This document shows positions 49,363 to 57,832 of a stretch of DNA of 64,000 bases, piece after piece. The notes below the pieces were generated by a model. That model was not told the origin of the DNA. It saw only the letters and a list, made by a program, of their open reading frames with translations, and made no database searches. Made by a program: the position numbers and the translations under genes. The first letter of the stretch is position 1. Every line of letters begins with the position of its first letter. Origin of the DNA: Candidatus Kapaibacterium sp. (GTDB lineage: Bacteria > Patescibacteriota > Patescibacteriia > UBA9934); NCBI GenBank assembly GCA_044350705.1, contig JBILHA010000002.1, positions 306,295 through 370,294 on the forward strand, given 5' to 3'.

Positions 49363-51600
49363 CTAGGATGATTTCCGGAGAGGAGGAGCTTTTATTCCTT
49401 CGGGCTTTTTCGGAGCTTGTGGACGAGCGGGAGCTTTTTGTGCCTTTGCTTTCATCTCTTCAGTATATACATTACCTTCTGCTTGTTTCATGGACAAGTT
49501 GAGCCGTCCTTTTTCATCTATTTCTAGAACTTTTACGTGTACCGTAGCGCCTTCTTGTACGATGTCGGTTACTTTTTCTACGCGCCAGGGAGCGAGTTCT
49601 GAAACATGCACGAGCCCATCTTTTCCCGGGAGTACTTCTACGAAAGCTCCAAAATCCATGAGACGTACTACTTTTCCGGTGAAGATTTCTCCTGGAGTTA
49701 CTTCGCGGGTGAGATTGAAGACCCAGTCATACGCGGCTTGGCCAGAGGCGCCATTTACGGCGGTGATCATGACCAGACCATCTTGTTCAATGTCGATTGC
49801 GGTAACGCCTGTCTTTGCAATGATGTCGTTGATGGTTTTTCCTCCCGATCCGATGACGTCTCGAATTTTATCAGGGTTAATGCGCAGCTTCAGAATGCGA
49901 GGAGCGCTTGGCGCGAGTTCGGCGCGTGGTGCAGGGATTGCTGCTTGCATGACATCGAGTACCTTGAGACGTGCGGTTTTTGCGCGGGTAATGGTTTCGC
50001 GTACGACATCGCGGGGAAGGCCGTCGGTTTTGGTATCGAGCTGAATAGCGGTAATACCGTTTGCGGTTCCGGTAATTTTGAAGTCCATTCCCCCTTCTCC
50101 GTCTTCAAGGTCTTGCAGGTCGGTGATGACCTGGTAGCGACCGTCTTTGCTTGCGAGTCCCATGGCAATGCCTGCAACGGGAGCTTTGATCGGTACGCCG
50201 GCATCCATGAGCGCGAGGGTTGCGCCGCAGGTTGACGCCATGGAGCTTGATCCGTTGGATCCGAGGGTTTCAGATACTACCCGAATTGCGTATGGGAAAA
50301 GTTCCTGATCAGGAATCATGTACTGAAGGGCTTTTTCTGCGAGCGCACCGTGGCCGATTTCGCGGCGGCCTGTTGAGCGCACGGGCTTTGCTTCGCCTAC
50401 CGCAAATGGGGGGAAGTTGTAATGATGCATGAAGCGCTTTTCTCCTACGAGTTCCATTCCATCAAGAGTTTGCTTGTCTCCGGGGGCACCGAGGGTACAT
50501 ACAGAGAGTACTTGAGTTTCTCCGCGTTCAAAGAGGCCTGAGCCATGTACGCAAGGAAGAACGCCTGCTTCTGCGGTGAGCATGCGAATATCTTCTACCC
50601 CACGGCCGTCTACGCGGCGTTTATTCTCGAGAATGTGCTTGGTGATTTCTCCTTCGAGAATAGCGGTCACCATACTTACGCCCATTTTTACTCCTTCTTC
50701 ATCGAGGCCTTGCTCCGTGAGGAATTGGGCGGTGTTTTTCTTGATGAGATCCTTTGCTGCAGCGCGTTCTGATTTCGTTGCGTACGGTGCGCCAAAGAAG
50801 TGCTTTTCGATTTCTTCGCAAATGAAAGGTTTTGCGATTTTTTCTACTCCCATTTTCTTTTCGAAGCGCGCACGATCTTCGTCGGTTTTCATGGCAAAAA
50901 TATCCGCCTTTTCTTTTCCGAGATCAGCACGTACTTTTTCGATAAGCTCAATGACTGGTCCAAGATGTTCTTGTCCAAAGAAAATTGCTTCAAGAACATC
51001 CTGTTCTGGAGCTTCGTCACATCCTGCTTCGAGCATGAGCACTTTTTCTGGGGTTCCTGCAACGTCAACATCAAAACGAGAAGCAAGACGTTCTTCGTAG
51101 CTTCCATTGAGAAGGAATGATCCATCAGGATTTTTGTTTACGCGTGCCACGGCAATCGGTCCATTCCAAGGAATGTCGGAAATATGGAGTGCACATGATG
51201 CTGCGATCAGTCCTGGAACGTCTGCATCATTTTTCCCGTCGAATGCAAGTGCGGTAACCATGACTTGTACATCGTTTTCCATGCGGTCATCGAAGAGCGG
51301 CCGGATTGCACGATCGATGAAGCGCGCAGTCAGCACTGCCTCGTCGGTTGGGCGACCCTCGCGTTTAATGAATCGAGAGCCTTTGATGCGTCCTGCGGCA
51401 TAGAGTTTTTCTTCAAATTCCACCATGAGCGGGAAGAATCCCAAGCCCGGACGAGCATCTTTGGACATTACTGCGGTTGCGAGCACCACGGTGTCTCCGT
51501 AGCGAACGGTACAGCTTCCATTTGCTGCGCGAGCAAACTTCCCTATTTCGATGGTGAGCGGTTTTCCGCCCCAGGTAATGCTATATGTTTTTGTTTCCAT
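49363..51600 (-). CDS. pnp: polyribonucleotide nucleotidyltransferase
   Basis: FIKREGRP, RREIGHG, SNGSSSMAS, GDMDFK-like GGMDFK, KH and S1 domains. Confidence 0.98.
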   Translation of the reverse strand: METKTYSITWGGKPLTIEIGKFARAANGSCTVRYGDTVVLATAVMSKDARPGLGFFPLMVEFEEKLYAAGRIKGSRFIKREGRPTDEAVLTARFIDRAIRPLFDDRMENDVQVMVTALAFDGKNDADVPGLIAASCALHISDIPWNGPIAVARVNKNPDGSFLLNGSYEERLASRFDVDVAGTPEKVLMLEAGCDEAPEQDVLEAIFFGQEHLGPVIELIEKVRADLGKEKADIFAMKTDEDRARFEKKMGVEKIAKPFICEEIEKHFFGAPYATKSERAAAKDLIKKNTAQFLTEQGLDEEGVKMGVSMVTAILEGEITKHILENKRRVDGRGVEDIRMLTAEAGVLPCVHGSGLFERGETQVLSVCTLGAPGDKQTLDGMELVGEKRFMHHYNFPPFAVGEAKPVRSTGRREIGHGALAEKALQYMIPDQELFPYAIRVVSETLGSNGSSSMASTCGATLALMDAGVPIKAPVAGIAMGLASKDGRYQVITDLQDLEDGEGGMDFKITGTANGITAIQLDTKTDGLPRDVVRETITRAKTARLKVLDVMQAAIPAPRAELAPSAPRILKLRINPDKIRDVIGSGGKTINDIIAKTGVTAIDIEQDGLVMITAVNGASGQAAYDWVFNLTREVTPGEIFTGKVVRLMDFGAFVEVLPGKDGLVHVSELAPWRVEKVTDIVQEGATVHVKVLEIDEKGRLNLSMKQAEGNVYTEEMKAKAQKAPARPQAPKKPEGIKAPPLRKSS

Positions 51601-51603
51601 AAA

Positions 51604-52440
51604 TTAGGATTGTTTTGTTGATTCAGATGTGTTTTTCTTTGGACGACCTCGGCGCTTTTTTGCGGGAGTTTCGGAAGATTTTTTTTGCGAATTTTGAGAT
51701 TTTATTACCGATTCTGCGTGAGTTATTTTTTGCGGCGGTTTTACTTCAGGTGGACGCATTGCCGCTCCTGCCGCAGGGGCTTGGGGAGGTTTTGGCGCAG
51801 TGTTTTTTTGTTGAAGAAATACCATCGCAGGTTTTTCTGGGAAGGTGAGTACCCGATTTTCTCCCTGCTCCGCAATGACGTCGCTGAAGGTGTCGGTTAC
51901 TGATGCTACCCGATGTGTTTGTGGGCGATAGTGTGGATCCCGGATGAGATATTGCCCGAGGTTGTCAGAAAGGTTCGTATAGACATCTGCACAATCGACT
52001 AACTTACTTGAGGTTGATTCGCGGAAAGAGACCACGTGGAATACTCGACCTCTATTTTTAATGTACTCACCCAACGGAATATAGTCACCATCTCCCGAAA
52101 CAAGGACAACAACGTCGACCATATCAAGCATGCGAATGATATCGACGGTAATACCTACGTCCCAATCACCCTTTTTTTGTCCCCCCTCGTATTCGAGGAG
52201 TTCTTTCATGTTTACTTCGATGCCCATTTTATGGAGTGCTTCGAAAAATGGAAGCTCGTCACCGGTTTTGGTAGAAATGGTATAGGCAATGGCGCGTACA
52301 AGCTGTTGGTTGCCAATGCTCGTTTTTACGATGTTTCCGAAATTTACTTTACTTCCGTACATGTTGCGTGCGCTGTAGTACATGTTTTGTACATCGATAA
52401 AAACGCCCACGCGTCGGTTTTGATGTGAAAATTGTTGCAT
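51604..52440 (-). CDS. NYN (LabA/DUF88) domain protein with basic disordered tail
   Basis: FIDVQN, KGDWDVG, SGDGDY. Confidence 0.93.
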   Translation of the reverse strand: MQQFSHQNRRVGVFIDVQNMYYSARNMYGSKVNFGNIVKTSIGNQQLVRAIAYTISTKTGDELPFFEALHKMGIEVNMKELLEYEGGQKKGDWDVGITVDIIRMLDMVDVVVLVSGDGDYIPLGEYIKNRGRVFHVVSFRESTSSKLVDCADVYTNLSDNLGQYLIRDPHYRPQTHRVASVTDTFSDVIAEQGENRVLTFPEKPAMVFLQQKNTAPKPPQAPAAGAAMRPPEVKPPQKITHAESVIKSQNSQKKSSETPAKKRRGRPKKNTSESTKQS

Positions 52441-52628
52441 AGTGATGTGAAAAAGGGAGTAAGGGGAGTAGAGGGAGTGAAGGGAGTGGTGAGGTGAAAG
52501 ACTCCGGCGATAGGAGGAGTCTCGAGAATCCTTTTGGGTTTTCGAAAAAACTATTGAAGATGAAAAAGAATTTTTAAAAAAGATTTTGTATCAGTGTACT
52601 GCATTTTACAAAATATCATGGTTTGAAG

Positions 52629-52738
52629 ATCCGTTCTGCCAAAGGCAGGCGGGTGCCCGACCTAGCGTCTTCCTCAGGACCGGCTCCTTGTCAGGCTATT
52701 TGCCTGACTTGTCGGTTAGGATGACGCGAATTTTTTTT
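52629..52738 (+). ncRNA. candidate structured RNA (two helical domains)
   Basis: ATCCG-TCTGCC/GGCAGG-CGGGT and GCGTC..ACCGGC..GTCAGGC/GCCTGAC..GTCGGT..GACGC followed by T8. Confidence 0.35.
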
Positions 52739-52784
52739 GTGAAAAACCCCACTCGACATTGCGAGCGGGGTTTTTCACTTCTGG

Positions 52785-53051
52785 TTACTTTTTGAGTCCC
52801 AGAGCTTCAATGAGCTCAGCGTATGCCTTTGCGTCTTCGCGCTCCAAATATTTGAGGAGACGGCGGCGCTCAGCGACCTTCTTGAGAAGTCCACGGCGGG
52901 AGCTGAAATCTTTGCGGTGAGTTTTGAGGTGGCCGGTAAGCTCCTTTACCTCTTCCGTAAGAATTGCGATCTGCACCTGAGGAGATCCGGTGTCGGATTC
53001 ATGGGTGCGGAACTTCTTGATGATCTTTGCTTTTTTGTCTTTGTTGAGCAT
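52785..53051 (-). CDS. rpsO: 30S ribosomal protein S15
   Basis: [24 protein letters not shown]. Confidence 0.98.
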   Translation of the reverse strand: MLNKDKKAKIIKKFRTHESDTGSPQVQIAILTEEVKELTGHLKTHRKDFSSRRGLLKKVAERRRLLKYLEREDAKAYAELIEALGLKK

Positions 53052-53137
53052 AGATTTTTCTACAAATCGCATCATCTGAGTAGTGGGATGCTCAAACCCC
53101 AGACCAAGATGAAGGATATTTAAGGATTAACGGCTAA

Positions 53138-53166
53138 AGTTTATATTTTTTTGAGGGTTTTGTCAA
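53138..53166 (-). promoter_or_regulatory. rpsO promoter
   Basis: TTGACA-17-TAAACT. Confidence 0.7.
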
Positions 53167-53257
53167 AGAAATGATTGATTTTTTATTTTTCAGGCAAGGA
53201 ATACCTTCTTTATCCGTTCGTGTAACTATTTTACGACTCGTGATAACATTGAGATAT

Positions 53258-54199
53258 ATGGCAAAGCGATTGGAGGCGCATATCAAGGAATTTCTTGAGT
53301 ATTTGGAAATTGAGCGTGGGCGATCGGATAAAACCGTTCGTAATTATGGATTTTATTTGCATCGTTTTAGTGAATGGGCCAAGTCCCCTGCCCCGGCGGA
53401 AATTGATGCAGAGATGGTGCGACAGTTTCGTTTGCATTTGAATCGTGATGTTGCGGGACGTGATGAGCCTGCGCTTGCAAAGGCAACGCAGAATTATCAC
53501 TTAATCGCGCTTCGTGCATTTTTGAAATATCTCGCAAAGCGTGACGTGAAGACTCTTGCCGCAGAAAAGATTGAACTTGCAAAACAAGGATCTCGTCATG
53601 TGGAGTTTTTAGAAAAAGAAGAGCTTCTGCGCATTCTTGCGGAGCCAGGAAAGGATCCGACGATTCTTGGGTATCGGGATCGCGCAATTCTCGAGTTACT
53701 TTTCTCGACTGGACTTCGCGTATCGGAACTTGCGGGACTCAAAATTGAACAAGTGAACTTGAAGAACGATGAATTTACCGTGCTTGGAAAAGGAAGAAAG
53801 CATCGCATTGTCTTTCTTTCTCCCGAGTCAAAAGATGCGATTAAAGTGTATTTAGGCAAGCGCGAAGATGTTTCTCCGTACATGTTTGTACGTCATGATA
53901 AGGCGCGGCGAGCGAAGGGAGTGGGAGAAGAGTCAAAGCCCCTTACCCCTCGTTCTATTCAGCGTTTGGTTGATCGGTATGCGCGTATGGCGGGCATTAC
54001 GAAGTCGGTCACACCTCATACGCTTCGACATACATTTGCAACTGACCTTTTACGCAACGGAGCTGATATTCGTGCGGTGCAAACGATGCTTGGTCACGAA
54101 TCTATTACTACGACGCAGGTCTACACGCACGTTACGGATAAAGAACTCAAGCGCATTCATCAATCGTTTCACAATGCAGATAAAAAGAAAAAGGACTAG
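53258..54199 (+). CDS. XerC/XerD-family tyrosine recombinase
   Basis: TGLRVSEL, GKGRK.R, PHTLRHTFAT, LGH...TTQVY. Confidence 0.95.
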   Translation: MAKRLEAHIKEFLEYLEIERGRSDKTVRNYGFYLHRFSEWAKSPAPAEIDAEMVRQFRLHLNRDVAGRDEPALAKATQNYHLIALRAFLKYLAKRDVKTLAAEKIELAKQGSRHVEFLEKEELLRILAEPGKDPTILGYRDRAILELLFSTGLRVSELAGLKIEQVNLKNDEFTVLGKGRKHRIVFLSPESKDAIKVYLGKREDVSPYMFVRHDKARRAKGVGEESKPLTPRSIQRLVDRYARMAGITKSVTPHTLRHTFATDLLRNGADIRAVQTMLGHESITTTQVYTHVTDKELKRIHQSFHNADKKKKD

Positions 54200-54999
54200 A
54201 TGTCCTTTTTCTGTTTGCTTGTTTTCCAGAGATGCTCGAATAACATGGTAAACATTGCGGCGAGCTCTTTGCTTTCGATGAGCATGCCGTGGAAGTCGAT
54301 GTCATCACGATACGTCACTAGTGCAATTTTATTTCCGACGATTTCTAGGTTTGCGAAAAAGTCCCAGCCAGGATTAGGAAGGAGACGGATGTTTTTCTGC
54401 ATGGCGCTTCCCTTCCCCTCCTGTATCCATGAGCGAGTAAGCTCGTCATCAATGAGTAATGACCGTGTATTTACCTTGTTGCGTTTGAGAATGGTGAACA
54501 TTTCGTCTCGAAGAGACTGAGGGAACTGGGTGTATCGTCCTCCCCAGTTGGTGAGCTCGAGCCCTTTGGTTGGTCCACGGGCATCATCGTAGAGCGCGTG
54601 ATAGATTTCAGAGACGCTTTCGAGACCTTCGTACATTTTTACGGTTGCACCACGGGGTTGCGTATGAAAGAGTCCCATGAGCATGGGAAGCGCTTGTGAA
54701 AGTTCGTTTTTTATCTGTTCTCGTTCCTGTTCTTGTTTTTCGAGGAGCTCTTTGAGTTTTTGAGGAGATGCGGCGCTGAAGTGGAGAATGTTTTGCTTTG
54801 TATAGCTGGAAACCAGTCCTTTTTTTCTTAATTCTCCCAAGACAAGATGCGTGGTTGTTCGATTTACTCGTGCGTGTTTTGCGACCTCCCCTACTTTGGC
54901 ATTCCCGAGTTTTAAGAGGCTTTCGTATATTTCTGCAGAATATTTAGGGAAATTTAATGCTGAAATAAGATTGGTAATGACGGAGGATTCTTCAGGCAT
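54196..54999 (-). CDS. TrmB-family transcriptional regulator
   Basis: N-terminal wHTH (VAKHARVNRTT), YEG.E, IESKELA. Confidence 0.88.
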   Translation of the reverse strand: MPEESSVITNLISALNFPKYSAEIYESLLKLGNAKVGEVAKHARVNRTTTHLVLGELRKKGLVSSYTKQNILHFSAASPQKLKELLEKQEQEREQIKNELSQALPMLMGLFHTQPRGATVKMYEGLESVSEIYHALYDDARGPTKGLELTNWGGRYTQFPQSLRDEMFTILKRNKVNTRSLLIDDELTRSWIQEGKGSAMQKNIRLLPNPGWDFFANLEIVGNKIALVTYRDDIDFHGMLIESKELAAMFTMLFEHLWKTSKQKKDI

Positions 55000-55141
55000 A
55001 TCGTGTTGTTATAGATATATAACAAATAATTTATCTAAAATTAGCCTAATTACTATAGTATGTAAAGTATTCTGTTATATTATTTTCCTTTTTTCGGAAT
55101 AGTAGGCAGTCCAGAATGAACCCTCATTTTGGAAAGAGGAG

Positions 55142-56668
55142 ATGATCATGAAGTACGCTCTCATTAATCCTGAAGGTGTCTTTACTGATCGTTCTGACGC
55201 TTCGCGGGTCTATCGGATGTGGCCGCATCTTGGGCTTCTTTCGGTTGGAACTGCCGTCGAGCAGACGGGTATTGAGGTGGTGCTCTGGGATGAGCTTGTG
55301 CAGGGACCCGCAGATCTTGAATCTCTTGTGGAACCGGGCGACATTGTGGGACTTTCGCTCGTGGTTTCGGGGATTGAGCGTGGAGCGCTTCTTGCTCGTG
55401 AAGCGAAGAGGCTTGGTGCGAGTGCGGTGATTGCGGGGAATGACTCTGCGATTTTCCGTACGCGGCAGCTTCTTGCGCCTGATTCGCCGTTTGACGCGGT
55501 GAGTACGAGTAACGATCTCACGTGCGTACGGGATTACTGTGAGCGGGTTGCCCACGGCGCTCCGGTGCACGACATTCCGGGCATTGCTACACGAGCATCA
55601 ATTCCGGCGAGTAATCGCACGAACTGGAGCGAGGTGCTTCGTGCGGAGGCTCATGAGCGGAGGCGACATCCTTCGAAGAATTCTGACGTGTTCATCGTTC
55701 CACGATTCGGGCTCTACAGTGACGAGTACTGGCGAGCGGTGCATGAAAATCATCGCTATGTCCTTGGGCATAAATACCAGGAGCCTGAGCAGGTGAGGAA
55801 TGCGCTTGCGCTCTTTGCACAGGGATGCACCAGGACAGGAGCTGTGGAAGCATGTTCGTACTGCACAATCGCGGACGTGGCGGATCTGCTGATGCCGGAA
55901 AAGCGGTATCTCGCGGACCTTCTGCAGGCGCTGTCGGACTTCGGTATTACGCATGTTTTCAACACCACCGATTCGGCGCTTGAGATGAAAAATGTCGCAC
56001 GAGCTCTTCGCGAGCTGGGTGCACGCTTCGCTCATGGACTCACCATCTACGGTCGTGCGTGGGGCATGGCCAACCGGCCGGACTGCATTGCGGTATGGCA
56101 GGAGATCGCCGGAGAGCGACTGGTGATCAACTCAGGATTCGATTCAGGTGACGAAAACCTTTTACAAACGGGGGTGATCAAAGCTTCGCTGCGGGGAGAT
56201 CGGCTCAATGAGAATCGACTCGCGGTGAAGCATCTCAAAGAAAGTGGTGCACATCTTCACGTGAGTTTCATCTTCGGAAGTCCTGGAGAAACACGAGAGA
56301 GCTGTGAGCGAACGCTCGAGTTCTTTCGCTGGATGCGGGGGGAGCTTGGAAGTCAGTTGCAGGTATGCGAAAGCGATATCTACTGGCTTAACCATGGTGC
56401 TCCTGCGTCACGCGTGTTCCATTCCTATGAGTATGCTCGTTCGCTTGCCGCGTTGGCGGGCAAAGACATCTCTCGTGCGGAATGGGAGCAGTGCTTCTTC
56501 CGGCATAAAGATACGTTAACGGTTCCTGATGAAGCAGAAGCGGCGTGGTATCGGTTCTTCACCTGTATCGATCTGGACTATGCGCGTGCATGCGTGCAGC
56601 AGGTTGCGGATGAAATGCGGGAGCATGAAGGAGCGATCGCGAGTCGCCGGTATGCGTTTCAGGGGTAA
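55142..56668 (+). CDS. radical SAM protein with B12-binding-like N-terminal domain
   Basis: PHLGLLS, DIVGLS, QGC-X8-CSYC, GFDSGD, SFIFGSPGETRES; GAGGAG SD. Confidence 0.85.
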   Translation: MIMKYALINPEGVFTDRSDASRVYRMWPHLGLLSVGTAVEQTGIEVVLWDELVQGPADLESLVEPGDIVGLSLVVSGIERGALLAREAKRLGASAVIAGNDSAIFRTRQLLAPDSPFDAVSTSNDLTCVRDYCERVAHGAPVHDIPGIATRASIPASNRTNWSEVLRAEAHERRRHPSKNSDVFIVPRFGLYSDEYWRAVHENHRYVLGHKYQEPEQVRNALALFAQGCTRTGAVEACSYCTIADVADLLMPEKRYLADLLQALSDFGITHVFNTTDSALEMKNVARALRELGARFAHGLTIYGRAWGMANRPDCIAVWQEIAGERLVINSGFDSGDENLLQTGVIKASLRGDRLNENRLAVKHLKESGAHLHVSFIFGSPGETRESCERTLEFFRWMRGELGSQLQVCESDIYWLNHGAPASRVFHSYEYARSLAALAGKDISRAEWEQCFFRHKDTLTVPDEAEAAWYRFFTCIDLDYARACVQQVADEMREHEGAIASRRYAFQG

Positions 56669-56677
56669 ATCCGTTAC

Positions 56678-56712
56678 AAGAGTGAGCTGTCGATCGGACG
56701 GGCTCACTCTTT
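56678..56712 (+). terminator. intrinsic terminator
   Basis: AAGAGTGAGC...GCTCACTCTT. Confidence 0.6.
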
Positions 56713-56736
56713 GCGCGTCAAAAAGAAAAAGGGCAC

Positions 56737-57216
56737 TTAGCCCTTTTTCATTTTTTCAATATCGTTTAAGAGTTTTTGTAAATTTGCTGCCATTGCATCG
56801 AGGGTTTGCTGATGTTCACGTTCGCGCTCTTCCTCTTCCGCTTCATCTTCTTTGATTTCGTCTACGTCTTCCTCGATCGCATCAATGTCTTCCTGAATTT
56901 CTCCCACGTCCTCTTGAATCTCTCCGACGTCTTCCTGAATTTCATCCACGTCTTTTTGAATCTCGTCGACATCTTGTTCGACTTCTTTAATTACTTGCGA
57001 CTGTTGGTTTACGCTCATTTGAATGAAGATGGCGAGATAAATTGCTTCTAAAGACACCCCTGTCGTGAGCACGAGAAGCACGGTATCCCAGGAAAGAAGT
57101 TCGAGAATTCCTACGAGAAGAATTGCTCCGAAGAGAAAGGTGTGCACGATAAGTGAGGAAAGAGATCCTACCCAGGTCGTAATTTTTTCGATGAAGTTTG
57201 TCTGTTGCTCGTGCAT
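56737..57216 (-). CDS. DUF1003-like membrane protein with acidic heptad-repeat coiled coil
   Basis: VSLEAIYLAIFIQMS; (DVxEIQE)n; start revised to MHEQQ. Confidence 0.85.
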   Translation of the reverse strand: MHEQQTNFIEKITTWVGSLSSLIVHTFLFGAILLVGILELLSWDTVLLVLTTGVSLEAIYLAIFIQMSVNQQSQVIKEVEQDVDEIQKDVDEIQEDVGEIQEDVGEIQEDIDAIEEDVDEIKEDEAEEEEREREHQQTLDAMAANLQKLLNDIEKMKKG

Positions 57217-57264
57217 AGCCCCCCTATTGTACTCCTTCTTTTTCCCCACTACACTGTATGCCAT

Positions 57265-57341
57265 GCCTCGGTAGCTCAGTTGGATAGAGCAGGAGACTTC
57301 TAAGCTCAAGGTCGGGGGTTCGATTCCCTCCCGAGGCACCA
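57265..57341 (+). tRNA. tRNA-Arg(TCT) with imperfect anticodon stem
   Basis: GCCTCGG...CCGAGGC-A-CCA; loop CTTCTAA; A20. Confidence 0.9.
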
Positions 57342-57463
57342 GTGTAAAGGCAAGGACAGGTTACTTTTGAAAACCCTCCATGTTTTGGATGGGTATTTTA
57401 TATTGTAGAATTTGGTCTTTATCAAATAAAAAATCCTCGTCGTATTATTGAGAGGATTTTTTA

Positions 57464-57538
57464 TGGGGCGACTAACGAGGATCGAACTCGTGTAGCCGGG
57501 ACCACAACCCGGTGCTCTACCATTGAGCTATAGCCGCC
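57464..57538 (-). tRNA. tRNA-His(GTG)
   Basis: Encoded G-1:C73; CCGGG-TTGTGGT-CCCGG. Confidence 0.96.
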
Positions 57539-57544
57539 ATGTCG

Positions 57545-57671
57545 ACAAAATATACCCAAGTTTGTTTATTGCGGTGTTATCGGTACTGGGCTCGGCCTCC
57601 CCGTACGTTGTAGTACGTATCGGCCTGCGCCGTACCGTCGCCTAGCACTAAACAAACTTAGTATATTTTGT
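57545..57671. repeat. 111-bp palindromic element (57553-57663) with complementary flanks; same family as 721-831
   Basis: TACCCAAGTTTGT...ACAAACTTAGTA; CGGCCTC..CGTAC/GTACG..CGGCC core. Confidence 0.88.
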
Positions 57672-57832
57672 GTTTCTTTTACAGAACGTTAAATTTGCGG
57701 GAGAAGAATAGCATGGATTTTTATAAAAAAGCAAGATAGGGGGAGGGGGTTATGTTTGCTTCTGATCCCCTTTCCTCAATCCCCTCATTCCCTTTTCTCC
57801 CCCTTCTCCCCTTGCTATGATGCCCCTATTCT

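Noticed and set aside
53258-57341. Integrative element from the recombinase to tRNA-Arg
   Set aside because: No duplicated tRNA 3' end was seen, and the recombinase resembles housekeeping XerC/D.
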